DNA of 64,000 nt from Eledone cirrhosa (Eukaryota). The translations under genes and the position numbers were made by a program. The first letter of the stretch is position 1. Each line of letters begins with the position of its first letter. The stretch is taken from contig OZ024748.1 of assembly GCA_964016885.1 (NCBI GenBank), positions 7,192,001 to 7,256,000 on the forward strand. The letters run 5' to 3'. The notes below the pieces were generated by a model, which did not search any database, was not told where the DNA came from, and saw only the letters and a list, made by a program, of their open reading frames with translations. This document shows positions 30,147-44,267 of the stretch, one piece after another.

Positions 30147-30411
30147 GGAGTGCTCTCCCTGGGTGCCCTAGAAGCGCAGGGTGGTTCAGGATTGGTGGGG
30201 TACCCGAGTCACCCCAGGGTCGTCCACCCCCTATCGGGGAATTTATTTTGTTATATTTATGCATAGTTTATTTTATATTTTTATATCTTCATTTTTAAAT
30301 TAGTCTTGCCATTGTACACTTTTACTCGACCTTATTGTAAACCCCCACTGTCCCTGTCTTTGTATTGTCCTCTACACGTCGACCCTTGTGGCTAATAAAT
30401 GAAATCATTAT
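30147..30411 (+). mobile_element. 3'UTR-only fragment of the Tx1-like LINE
   Basis: Homologous to 59775-60010 (gggtgccctag...aaacccccactgtccctgtc...cccttgtggctaataaatgaaatcatt). Confidence 0.9.
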
Positions 30412-30603
30412 TTGGCAGTATTGGTAGAGAGTCGGACACCATGCTTTCCAGCATAGTTATGTCCCTTTATGATTTGAGCTCAAATCCCGCCGAGGTTAAC
30501 TTTGCCTTTCATCCTTACGAGGTCGATAAAATAAAGTACCAGTAATACACTGGGATAATTGCTGGCCTTGTGCCTAAAGTAGAAACAATTATAATTATTA
30601 TTA
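30412..30603 (+). mobile_element. SINE A inserted in the ATT tail of a LINE fragment
   Basis: Begins immediately after gaaatcattat of the 30147-30411 LINE piece. Confidence 0.9.
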
Positions 30604-31048
30604 ATAAGTGTTGGGTGGCCGAAACGGTATGGAGGTTAACATAACCTACCATTAGTTACATCCCTTTAACTTCCTGGTTCAAATACCACAGGGGTCGTCT
30701 GTATCTTTCATCATTTCCTAGGGTCAGTGAAATATAGAGGAATAAAGTAGGAGTAGTAGTAGTAGTAGTAGTAGATGTTGTAGTGATAGTAGTAGTAGTT
30801 AGTGGTCATGTTTTGTTGTTGTTGCTTCTGGTGATGGTGATGTTTATGATGATGTTGATGTAGTTTATTGGTGGTGTTATCACAGGCAAATATCTTCAGA
30901 CCAGTGCAGGTAGCCATAATAAAGTAGCAGGATGTAGTTTAGATTTATTGGAAGAGTTTATAGAGAAAAGAGAGGGGGAGGGGGAGAAAGACGGCCGACA
31001 TCAAAAGCTTTCTGCACTGACCAGCACGGAGAATAAACGTAGATAGAA

Positions 31049-31143
<95 letters not shown>

Positions 31144-31179
31144 ATAAAGTCCCGACCGCAGCGCCAAGCGGGTTCGGCT

Positions 31180-31254
<75 letters not shown>

Positions 31255-31556
31255 TGTTTGATTATTATTTACATTATATATCGACTCTATTATACTTGAT
31301 ATATTACATCGAGCTATATTCCTACTTGTAACTGAGTAATATTCAATATTACTCACCATATAGTGAAAATTTAAGTAAGTAAGTAAAAAAATTTTTTTTA
31401 AATTTTTTTTAAAAAATATTTTCTTATCTTACGTCTTTTATATTATTGTTCTGCACCCTCCTGCATTGAACCACCTAGGTATTATGACATAACCTGTGTA
31501 TTTGCTGGCATGGACGTGCATCTGTGCGCCTATGTTAGCTGATATATTAAATTATC

Positions 31557-31595
<39 letters not shown>

Positions 31596-31746
31596 TTGTA
31601 TGTATATATACATATATACATAATTATATATATATATATGTATATATATGTGTGTTTGTGTGTGTGTATATATACATACATATATACATAATTATATATA
31701 TATATATATATATGTGTTTGTGTGTATATATACATACATATATACA

Positions 31747-31786
<40 letters not shown>

Positions 31787-31816
31787 TGTGTGTATATATA
31801 CATACATATATATACA

Positions 31817-31858
<42 letters not shown>

Positions 31859-31956
31859 GAGGTTATATTTAATTTGTTGGGATTCAACAGGAAGCTCCAA
31901 TCGTTAAGGTTGTCATTTTTCCGGGTATATCAATATTTATTTATAAAACAAATCTG

Positions 31957-32022
31957 TATTTTATCTGATAAAAGCGCACCATAATATGCCTTGGTGGCCC
32001 TTGAAATATGTATAATAAAATA
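31957..32022 (+). ncRNA. Hammerhead copy (family H1) with core mutation CUGAUAA, probably inactive
   Basis: Nearly identical to the 47.2 kb copy except G8 to A. Confidence 0.6.
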
Positions 32023-32157
32023 AATATGGTTTTATAAATATAGTTTCCATTTATTAATATATTGTATATATATATATATATATAATTATGTATATATGTA
32101 TGTATACAAACAAACACACACATATATATATGAATATTTCTACCAAACTTTTATACT

Positions 32158-32207
<50 letters not shown>

Positions 32208-33284
32208 TGTATATATATATGTATATATACACACAAACACACTCATATATATATGGATATTTCTACGAAACTTTTATACTGCTATATATATATATGTGTG
32301 TGTGTGTGTATGTGTGTGTGTAGGTGTGTGTAGGTGTGTGTGCATGTATGTATATTAGAAGATATACACAGTACATTTCGATCGCTGTAAATTCATACCG
32401 TCATCAGGTGTTTTATTCATTTAGACTATATGTATCGTATTGTTGTGTATATATGTCTCTAACTCTATAGGTATGTGTGTATATATATGTCCCTTTATCT
32501 ATGTGTGCCTCTAACTATATGTGTGTGTATATATGTCGCTAACTCTATAGGTATGTGTGTATATATGTCTCTAACTTTATAGGTATGTATGTATATAATT
32601 GTACGTGTATATATGTGCGTGTATATATATGCCGCTAAATCTATAGGTATGTGTATACATATCCATACGTGTATATATGTGTGCTTCTAACTCTATGTGT
32701 GTGTGTGTGTGAATATGTGTTTTTTGCCTGTGTGTATGTATGTATTTCTGTGTATATACGCAGTTGTATAGGTACCTATGTGTGGATGTATACAGTTGTG
32801 TGTGAATGGATCTATGTATGTATGTATGTAGATGTCTGCGTGTGTATGTAGTTGTGTGTAGTCGTCTATATGTGTATATATGTAGTTATGTATGTATGTA
32901 GTTATATGGTATGTATGTATATATATATATATAAATATATATATAAATATCACAATATCTCGAAATTAAACAAAATTTAAAATCTTATTCTCTCTCTCCA
33001 TCTCTTCCTCCCCTCTCTGTCGTCATACTTCACTCTCTCTCACACACACACACATCCACATCCATACACACACACACACACCCATCCACACACACACACA
33101 CATCCATACACACATACAATATCAAAATGTTACATCCTTACCTTATGACAGAATATTAACTGTAGATTATTGTGTGTCGTTAGGACATTGCTGTTACACA
33201 GAATAAACCCAGCCGGAATACTGGTCTGGTTAAACGATCTAGCCATAATGTTGCTGTTACTGTTGCTGTCTTGTTGTTGTTATT

Positions 33285-34390
33285 GGTGGTGGTGGTGGTG
33301 GTGGTGGTGATGGTGGTGGTGGTGGTGGTGGTGATGGTGGTGGTGGTGGTGATGGTGGTGGTGGTGGCGGTGGTGGTGGTGCGAGCGTTATTGTAACTAC
33401 AATTGACTGTGCCGCTGTTGAAATTAATTTGATTAGTGCTGCTGTTGATGGTGGTAGCAGTGTTGTTGGTGCTGGTGGTGGTGGTGGTGGTGTTGGTGGT
33501 GGTGGTGATGTTGGTGGTAGTGGTGTTGGTAGTGGTGGTGGTGATGGTGGTGGTGTTGGTGGTCGTGGTGTTGGTGGTAGTGGTGTTGGTGGTGGTGGTG
33601 GTGGTCGTCGTGGTGTTGGTGGTAGTGGTGTTGGTGGCGGTGGTGGTGATGGTGGTGGTGGTGGTGGTGTTGGTGGTGGTGGTCGTGGTGTTGGTGGTAG
33701 TGGTGTTGGTGGCGGTGGTGGTGATGGTGGTGGTGGTGGTGATGGTGGTGGTAGTCGTGGTGTTGGTGGTGGTGGTGGTACTGTTGTTATTGTTGCTGTT
33801 CAGGGTGGTGGTGGTGGTAGCAGTGGTAGCAGTGGTGGTAGTGGTGGTAGCAGTGGTGGTAGTGGTAGTGGTAGCAGTGGTAGCAGTGGTAGAAGCTGTG
33901 GTAGCAGTGGTAGTAGTAGTGGTGGTAGTGGTAGCAGTGGTGGTAGTGGTAGCAGTGGTGGTAGTGGTAGGTGGTGACATTGTTGCTGTTGCTGTTATTG
34001 TTCATATATGAGCTGCGGTTTTTCTCGTGACTGAAACCTTTTACAAGGTTTTATTATGTCGCCTTTAGTCTGCCCCACCGCCACCATCACCACTACTACT
34101 ACTACTACCGCCACCATCACCACTACCATTACCACCACCACTACTATTACCACCACTACCACCATTACTACTACCACCACCGCCACCATCACCATTACTA
34201 CTACCGCCACCATCACCACTACCACCACCACCACCACCACCACCATTACTACTACTACTACCACCACCATCACCACTACCATTACCACCACTACCACCAC
34301 CGCCACCATCACCACCACCACCATTACCATCACCACCACTACTACCATTTCTACTACTACTACCACCACCACCACCACCACCACTACCAT

Positions 34391-34427
<37 letters not shown>

Positions 34428-34520
34428 CTCACCACTACTACTACCATTACTACGACTACTACTACCATGAGCACCACCACCATTATAATCCCCACTACTA
34501 CAACCACCACCACCAATACC
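33285..34520. repeat. (GGT/GTA)n array followed by (ACC/ACT)n array
   Basis: Direct inspection. Other trinucleotide arrays at 6510-7010, 28580-28845, 36925-37140, 38190-38770 and 60755-60960. Confidence 0.95.
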
Positions 34521-34611
34521 ACAGTTTTTTTATTGATTTCTATTTTACTTTTCATATTTACTATATATATTGTATATATGTATATATTTATCTGTGTGTG
34601 TGTATATATGC

Positions 34612-34666
<55 letters not shown>

Positions 34667-34713
34667 TAAATATATATACATATATATATAAATATATATA
34701 CATATATATATAA

Positions 34714-34744
<31 letters not shown>

Positions 34745-34831
34745 CATATGTATATATATATATGCATATATATATATATATATACATATGTATATATATA
34801 TATGCATATATACACACACGGATACATGTAC

Positions 34832-34864
<33 letters not shown>

Positions 34865-34878
34865 TGTATGTATGTATG

Positions 34879-34929
<51 letters not shown>

Positions 34930-35164
34930 TTGTGTGACTGTGTGTTTATGTGTGTGTGTATGTGTATGTGTGAATGTGTATGTGTGTATGTGCGTAAGTG
35001 TATGTATGACTGTGTATGTATATATATATGACTATGTATATATATATGTGTATATAATTTTATAGATGCCGCTATCCTCCAATAAAATATGTCTATTGAC
35101 CAGTTTACAACATCCCAAACTGAAGAGTGTCTCGCTCTACAGACTTGGCTTTTGTCTAGTTACA

Positions 35165-36215
35165 CTTGTTGTTGTACTTGTAGTATATCTTGTTGTTGTA
35201 CTTGTTATAGTATATTTGTTGTTGTACTTGTTATAGTATATTTGTTGTTGTACTTGTTATAGTATATTTGTTGTTGTACTTGTTATAGTATATTTGTTGT
35301 TGTACTTGTTATAGTATATTTGTTGTTGTACTTGTTATAGTATATTTGTTGTTGTTGTACTTGTAGTATATCTTGTACTTGTTATAGTATATTTGTTGTT
35401 GTTGTACTTGTTGTAGTATATCTTCTTGTACTTGTAGTATATCTTGTTGTTGTAGTATATCTTGTTGGTGTTCTACTTGTAGTATATCTTGATGTCGTAC
35501 TTGTAGTATATCTTCTTGTTGTTGTACTTATAGTATATCTTGTTGGACTTGTAATATATCTTGTACTTGTAGTATATCTTCTTGTTGTTGTACTTATAGT
35601 ATATCTTGTTGGACTTGTAATATATCTTGTACTTGTAGTATATCTTCTTGTTGTTGTACTTATAGTATATCTTGTTGTACTTGTTGTAATATATCTTGTA
35701 CTTGTAGTATATCTTCTTGTTGTTGTACTTATAGTATATCTTGTTGGACTTGTAATATATCTTGTACTTGTAGTATATCTTCTTGTTGTTGTACTTATAG
35801 TATATCTTGTTGTACTTGTTGTAATATATCTTGTACTTGTAGTATATCTTCTTGTTGTTGTACTTATAGTATATCTTGTTGGACTTGTAATATATCTTGT
35901 ACTTGTAGTATATCTTCTTGTTGTTGTACTTATAGTATATCTTGTTGTACTTGTTGTAATATATCTTGTACTTGTAGTATATCTTCTTGTTGTTGTACTT
36001 ATAGTATATCTTGTTGGACTTGTAATATATCTTGTACTTGTAGTATATCTTCTTGTTGTTGTACTTATAGTATATCTTGTTGGACTTGTAATATATCTTG
36101 TACTTGTAGTATATCTTCTTGTTGTTGTACTTATAGTATATCTTGTTGTACTTGTTGTAATATATCTTGTACTTGTAGTATATCTTGCTGTTGTACTTGT
36201 AGTATATCTTGTTGT
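35165..36215. repeat. Minisatellite: 26-bp units grading into a 66/69-bp higher-order repeat
   Basis: ttgttgttgtacttgttatagtatat, then tagtatatcttcttg recurring every 66 or 69 bp from 35504. Confidence 0.95.
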
Positions 36216-36775
36216 TGTTGTTGAAGGTGGTGTTGATGTTGGTGATGATAATGAGGATGATGGCGCTGGTTGGGGGGTGGTTGTTGCTATCTTTGTGAAG
36301 GTTTTTGGTGTGTCATCTTGTTTGTTGTTGCTGCTGTAGTTGTTGTTGTTGATGGTGGTGATGATAATGATAACGATGATAATGATGATGATGATGGCGG
36401 GGTGGTTGTTGTTATCTTTATGAAGGTTTTGGTGTGTGCCATCTTGACGACATTAAGCGGAAGCCAACAGTCACAGAAGACACACACACACATGCACCGT
36501 TGCTCTACTGTCCCGCTTACCATGTTGACCCACCGGCCCTCCCTCTCCACACAACACCACCATCATCCTTTAGAAGACTCCCTAACTTCTTAAGAAAAGT
36601 CAGTTATATTCCTTTTTGTCTCGCCTTTGATGTAAGCCGACACATCAAAGAGGAGAAAATAACCCCCGACTCCCAGTCCCTCTCTCTCACTATATATAGT
36701 GAGAGAGGGAGGGAGAAAGAAAGATATATACATATATATGTGTGTGTGTTTGTGGTGTTTTATATATATATATGC

Positions 36776-36854
<79 letters not shown>

Positions 36855-36924
36855 AGGAGAGAGAGAGAGAGAGAGAAGTGAGAAGATAAGGGTATATAAA
36901 GTGAAACCATAACTTATTTGGTTT

Positions 36925-36960
<36 letters not shown>

Positions 36961-37039
36961 CAGCAGCAGTAGCAGTAATAGTAGTAGTAGTAGTAGCAGC
37001 AGCAGTATTAGTAGTAGTAGCAGTAGTAGTAGTAGTAGC

Positions 37040-37080
<41 letters not shown>

Positions 37081-37108
37081 CAGTAGTAGTAGTAGTAGCA
37101 GCAGCAGC

Positions 37109-37139
<31 letters not shown>

Positions 37140-37444
37140 CAGCTACTGCTACTACTTGTACCAGTTTCTAGTGTATAAATATGTGATTATCTGTATATGT
37201 ACGTGTGTGTATGTGTGTATATGTGTGTGTACATCTGTGTACATGTGTGTGTACATATGTGTGTAGATATGTGAACATGTGTGTGTATATGCGTGTGTAT
37301 ATATGTGTACATGTGAGCACAGAGCTGCTTATCTTGTTTAAATGTATTGGCATGGTGATATCTAGTGGTCATATTGACTGACAGAAACATGTATATATAT
37401 ATATACACACATGCATACATGTATATATATACATACGCACATAC

Positions 37445-37503
<59 letters not shown>

Positions 37504-37686
37504 TACATGTATATATATACACACATCTATCTATATGTACACACAGACATATACTTATGTCTTATGTGTGTATATATATATATATATATATAGCATGTGT
37601 ATGTATATATATATATATATATTTATACATACACTCACACACACATACATACATACATACATACATACATACATACATTCATACAT

Positions 37687-37717
<31 letters not shown>

Positions 37718-37843
37718 CACACATCTATATATATGTACACACAGACATATACTTATGTCTTATGTATGTATATATATATATATATATATATACATACATA
37801 CATACATACATACATACACACATACACACACACACACATACAT

Positions 37844-37882
<39 letters not shown>

Positions 37883-37911
37883 ATGTATGTATGAATGTAT
37901 GTATGTATGTA

Positions 37912-37942
<31 letters not shown>

Positions 37943-38839
37943 ACGCCCTCCCCACACATAATATATACACCCATTAGTCTAGCAGTGTGCCAAACACCAC
38001 CCCTGGCTACGGACTACCATTAGTCAATGATAATAATCATCGACCACGTTTACCTAATTAACTGATCTGTTATTAAATTAGGTCTAAGTCTAATTAGGTT
38101 ACCATCCATGACCATCACTGCCGACTCACCACACTTTACTAACTCCAGCACGTAACTAAGGAAAATATGGTGAAAGATGATATTTACTTTGTTATCATTA
38201 CTGCTATCATCGACATCGACATCGGCAGCGGTATCGCCATCGTCGTTATCATAGCCATCGTCGTCATCGGCATTGCAATCATCATCGTCGTCATCATCAT
38301 CGTCATCGTCATCGTCATCGTCGTTATCATCGCCATCGTCGTCATCGGCATTGCCATCGTCATCGTCATCGTCATCGTCGTCGTCGTTGTCATCGTCATC
38401 ATTAAAACAATCGTCGTTGTCATTGTCATCATTAAAGCCGTCATCGATATCAGCACCGTCGCCATCATTAACCTCATCGTCATCATCGTCATTATTGTCA
38501 TCGTCATCATCATCATCATCATCGTCATCGTCATCACCATCATCATCCTCATCGTTGTCATCATCATCATCATCATAATCATCATCATCGTGTTAACCAT
38601 TATCATCATCATCATCATCATCATCATTATTGACACTATCATCATCATCATCATCATAATCTTCATCATCATCATCATTGTGTTCATCATTGACATCATC
38701 ACCGTCGCCATCGTAAACCTCCTCGCCATCACCGTTATCATCATCCTCATCATCATCAACAACAACAATGGAAGAGCCTGCTCGTGAAATTAACATGCAA
38801 GTGACAGAATATTCCTCAGCCATATTATCTATATAACAT

Positions 38840-39000
38840 AACATAACTCTCAGGGAGATTCACTATAACACATTATGTAACAATGCTAGTAAAAATGCTC
38901 ATTTTCGTTTGCTGAATTAACTATAGCAAAGTGAAATAAAGTCACTTGCTCAAGCACACAAAGAACCACGTTGCTTCCAACTCCTGAGCCGAACACTGTA
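38840..39000 (-). mobile_element. Decayed CORE-like SINE (family C); related pieces at 48550-48620 (+) and 62030-62105
   Basis: taaYtctcagggagattcactat is shared with 62041-62063. gtgaaataaagt...ttgctcaag is the reverse complement of cttgagcgagacactttatttcac at 48588-48611, which follows a B-box-like GAGTTCGATTCC. Confidence 0.5.
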
Positions 39001-39075
39001 ACTTCTAAACTAGGCACCTTCATTATACACCATCACTATACACCTTCATTATACACCTTCATTATACACCTTCAT

Positions 39076-39260
39076 TGGTGGATTGGCAGAGTTAGTAGAG
39101 GGTTGGACATGCTTTCCAGCATAGTTATGTCCCTTTACGATCTGAGTTCAAATCCCGCCAAGGTTAACTTTGCCTTTCATCCTTACGGGGGTCGATAAAA
39201 TAAAGTACCGGTAATGTACTGGATAATTGCTGGCCTTGTGCCGAAAGTAGAAACAATTAT
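39076..39260 (+). mobile_element. SINE A inserted in a short minisatellite
   Basis: attatacaccttca on both sides (39061-39074, 39256-39269). Confidence 0.9.
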
Positions 39261-39454
39261 ACACCTTCACTATACACCAATATATAAATATTTAAATAGA
39301 GTTCGTTAGTTACAGCATCTCTCCATCTCTCCACACCGCCTCCATTTCTTCCAAACCTCACTTCTACTTTAGACTTACTCTCAGACAGGTAATCAAACTG
39401 AAATACCAGCTGCTAGGTAGATGGTTTTGCGGCTATGTGTATACATACATGTAA

Positions 39455-39499
<45 letters not shown>

Positions 39500-39526
39500 T
39501 AAATATAAATATAAATATATATATAA

Positions 39527-39561
<35 letters not shown>

Positions 39562-39562
39562 A

Positions 39563-39593
<31 letters not shown>

Positions 39594-39844
39594 AATATAT
39601 ATAAATATATATATAAATATATAAATATATATAAATATATATATAAATATATAAATATATATAAATATATATATAAATATATATATAAATATATATATAA
39701 ATATATATATAAATATATATATAAATATATATATATATATAAATATATATATAAATATATATATAAATATATATATATATATAAATATATATATAAATAT
39801 ATATATAAATATATATATAAATATATATATAAATATATATATAA

Positions 39845-39953
<109 letters not shown>

Positions 39954-40105
39954 AATATATATATAAATATATATATACATATATAAATATATATATATAT
40001 ATATATACAAATATATATATAAATATATATAAATATATATACATATATATATATATATAAATATATATAAATATATATACATATATATATATACATATAT
40101 AAATG

Positions 40106-40147
<42 letters not shown>

Positions 40148-40195
40148 TATATACATAAATATATATACATACATATATATATACATATATAAATG

Positions 40196-40262
<67 letters not shown>

Positions 40263-40522
40263 ATGTAAGGGTGTATGTATGCAATCTATGATATTTAATT
40301 GCCAGTGTTCAGCTCACTATAAGGTGTTGTATATTAGAGGAATTATGATATTCAGATGTCAACTTTTATTGCATATAATTAAATTTTACATTTAAACTGT
40401 TATTCTTTATCCTCTAATCACATTTTTATTCATACGTGTGTGTGGACAGCACATGGCCGAATGGTTAGGGATTTCACTTCACAATTCTGAAGCATCTTCA
40501 ATAAGTATTATTTACCATAGTC

Positions 40523-41110
40523 GGTGGATTGGCTGTATCGGGAGAGGGTCGGACGCCATGCTTTCCAGCATAGTTACGTCCCTTTACCATCTGAGTTCAA
40601 ATCCCGCCGAGGTTGACTTTGCCTTTCATCCTTACGGGGGTCGATAAAATAAAGTACCAGTAATGTACTGGGTAATTGCTGGCCTTGTGCCAAAAGTAGA
40701 AACAGTTATTTACCATAGTCGGTGGATTGGCTGTATTGGTAGAGGGTCGGACGCCATGCTTTGACGCATAGAGTTACGGCCCTTGCCATTCTGAGTTCAA
40801 ATCCCGTCGAGGTTAACTTTACCTTTCATCCTTACGGGGGTCGATAAAATAAAGTACCAGTAATGTACTGGGTAATTGCTGGCCTTGTGCCAAAAGTAGA
40901 AACAGTTATTTACCATAGTCTCGTAGAGTGTCAGGCACCATGCTTGGCAGCATAGATTTGTGGCCCTTTACGTTCTGAGTTCAACTCCCACCGAGGTTAT
41001 CTTTGTCTTTCATGCTTACGCGGTCGATAAAATAAAATACCAGTAACGAACTGGGGTTGATATAATCGATTTTCCTCTCCCTCAAAATTGTTGGCCTTGT
41101 GCCTAGATCA
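40523..41110 (+). mobile_element. Head-to-tail SINE A dimer followed by an older SINE A-related copy
   Basis: Copies at 40523-40705, 40721-40905 and 40921-41110. Spacer ttatttaccatagtc occurs three times. Confidence 0.92.
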
Positions 41111-41111
41111 G

Positions 41112-41148
41112 CTACATTTCTGCCCTTGTGGCCAATAAATGAAATTAT
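41112..41148 (+). mobile_element. Ultra-short 3' tip of the Tx1-like LINE
   Basis: ctacatttctgcccttgtggccaataaatgaaattat matches the last ~40 nt of the LINE. Confidence 0.75.
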
Positions 41149-41424
41149 CCCTGGGTGCCCTAGAAGCGCAGGGTGGTTCAGGATTGGTGGGGTACCCGAG
41201 TCACCCCAGGGTCGTCCACACCCTATCGGGGAATTTATTTTGTTATATTTATGCATAGTTTATTTTATATTTGTATATCTTCATTGTTAAATTAGTCTTG
41301 CCATTGTGCACGTTTACTCAACCTTATTGTAAACCCCCACTGTCCCTGTCTTTGTATTGTCCCCTACATGTCGGCCCTTGTGGCTAATAAATGAAATCAT
41401 TATTATTATGATGATTATTATTAT
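41149..41424 (+). mobile_element. 3'UTR-only fragment of the Tx1-like LINE, near-identical to the 30.1 kb copy
   Basis: Same sequence as 30158-30411 with few substitutions; (ATT)n tail. Confidence 0.9.
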
Positions 41425-42044
41425 AAATATTATGAAACATTTTGTTATTCTCCTCAGCAAATACAAAATATATTCTTCAACCAACTATAACTAGCCACAC
41501 CAGTTCAATTAGTGTAACATATAGAAACGAGAGAGAGAGAGGAAGGAGGGAGATAGAATGTGAGAGAAAGACAGAGGGGGGGGGATTTGAGAGAACGAGA
41601 GAGAGTGGGAGAAGAGAAAGAGAGACAAAAAGAGAGAATCATCACTAATAATAGTAGACGGTAAAATCTCGCCAGTCTGAGGATAATTGTTTTTGAGCAG
41701 AATCTGATGTCTAGCATAAAACATCGAAGAATTGGTTGACTGGAAGCAGAGCGGTCTTCATGTCGCCACTAATAACATGCAAAGAACAAATATTGCAGAA
41801 ACGCCGTCTGGTTAACAGTTGAGACATCTGCTAGCTGGTTCTTTGACAAATTACTTTGTAGTCTCGCATCAAACAACCGACAGAGACATTGAGATAAACT
41901 GTCAGCAACAGAGAATTATCAATAGACCAACAGTGGCAGTAGTAAATCAGTAGTAGTGCAGCAGCAAAAGTAGAGCCGCAGCAATAGAGAATCAACAGCA
42001 GCAGTGATAGAACAGCAGAAATAGACCAAGTTTGGTTCATTTGT

Positions 42045-42267
42045 GTTCGGATCTTGTGTATTCAAGAAACATCTCGACACCCTGCTATCCAGAATCCCGG
42101 ATGACCCCCACAGCACGGTACGAAGGTAACCTAAGGGCAGCAGCAATGAACTCCCTCTTATACCAATGGCCAGCCAACACAGGCTGGAGATAGAATGTGT
42201 AGCAACAAGGGCGGTGCCCCAGCATGGCCTCAGCCGGATGGCTGGAAGAAGTAAAAGAGTAAAAGAG
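42045..42267 (+). mobile_element. 3' end of a CR1-group-like LINE
   Basis: Translates FKKHLDTLLSRIPDDP then RAAAMNSL. 3'UTR ggcggtgccccagcatggcctcagcc...gtaaaagagtaaaagag. The same terminus recurs at 61791-61850. Confidence 0.6.
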
Positions 42268-42544
42268 TGTGTTTCACGGCCCCACACTCATGTATGTGAG
42301 ACCCTAACCAGTAGACCTCATCACAGACCTGGCAGTACGTGAATTATTGACGGACGTAAAAATGAAAACTCAATACCGAAGTAGAGTTTAAATATTCATT
42401 CATTTATTATATCTAAGCCTTGTTACTCTGGAATCTCACATGCGTACTCACATGATCATCGGACAAGACTGGTAACCCTGTGAGTGCGCAGGTGAAGGTT
42501 TAGAGTAACAAAGCTCACCAATAGCCATAATAAATGAATACGAG

Positions 42545-42580
<36 letters not shown>

Positions 42581-42584
<4 letters not shown>

Positions 42585-42772
42585 AACGAGTAGGACCCCG
42601 ACGGCTGAGCTCAAGCCGTTTCGACGGCTAATTCTGGACTAGATTTAGCCGTCGAAACGGCTTGAGCTCAGCCGTCGGGGTCCTACTCGTTCCTATTACC
42701 CACTCTACTACCCTAAGTATTGAGTACTTTGATGCGTTATGGTCCATCTGGTTCCTTACCACATTTCCTTCG

Positions 42773-42775
<3 letters not shown>
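42581..42775 (+). mobile_element. Asymmetric hairpin element in (TA)n (family H3)
   Basis: Near-perfect palindrome 42581-42695 plus an 80-bp one-sided extension. Second copy, inverted, at 51951-52157. Confidence 0.85.
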
Positions 42776-42818
<43 letters not shown>

Positions 42819-42951
42819 CGGCGATGAATTAGTTTTGTGAGGTTTTTGATATGAAATCGTGTGTCGAAACAAATATTGTTATACTTGAGGAGGGTCATAT
42901 TTGTGTAATAATATTGCCAGAATTAATAACAGAACACACTATAAAGGAATT

Positions 42952-42987
<36 letters not shown>

Positions 42988-42993
<6 letters not shown>

Positions 42994-43184
42994 AATTCCT
43001 TTATAACGAAATTCACGTGGTATAAAAAAAAAATCGTTGTAAGGAAAAATTCTTTATAACGAGATTGATCGAAACAAATCGTGTATTTGATTTTTTATTA
43101 CCTCAGGGATTGAAAAATAATTTTAAATTCGTTACACGGAGAAATTGGTTATAATGGTATTCGTTATAACGGAATTTTACTTGT
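42988..43184. mobile_element. pogo/Tigger-like MITE
   Basis: Imperfect TIRs tagtgaaattcctttataacgaa / ttcgttataacggaattttacttg, internal cgttataac-like subrepeats, TA flanks. Confidence 0.6.
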
Positions 43185-43622
43185 ATATATATATACATAT
43201 ATATAGATATATAGATATATACATACATACATATATAGATATATAGATATATACATACATACATATATAGATATATATATATATACATACATACATAGAT
43301 ATATAGATATATACATACATACATATATAGATATATAGATATATACATACATACATATATAGATATATAGATATATACATACATACATATATAGATATAT
43401 ATATATATACATACATACATATATAGATATATATATATATACATACATACATATATAGATATATAGATATATACATACATACATATATAGATATATATAT
43501 ATATACATACATACATATATAGATATATATATATACATATATATACATACATACATATATATATAGATATATATATATAGATATATATATATATACATAC
43601 ATACATACATATATATATATAG

Positions 43623-43659
<37 letters not shown>

Positions 43660-43860
43660 GATATATATACATACATATATATATATATATATAGATATAT
43701 ATATATACATACATATATATATATAGATATATATATATACATACATATATATATATAGATATATATATATACATATATATATATATAGATATATATATAT
43801 ACATATATATATATATAGATATATATATATACATACATATATATATATAGATATATATAT

Positions 43861-43909
<49 letters not shown>

Positions 43910-43952
43910 GATATATATATATACATACATATATATATATAGATATATATAT

Positions 43953-44047
<95 letters not shown>

Positions 44048-44198
44048 CATACATATATATAGATATATATATATACATACATATATATATAGATATATAT
44101 ATATACATACATATATATATATATATAGATATATATATATACATACATATATATATATATATATATAGATATATATATATACATACATATATATATAG

Positions 44199-44229
<31 letters not shown>

Positions 44230-44236
44230 GATATAT

Positions 44237-44267
<31 letters not shown>

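Noticed and set aside
33180-34691. Poly-Thr, poly-Val and Gly-rich ORFs (also 6399, 38167, 60657)
   Set aside because: They are trinucleotide repeat translations.
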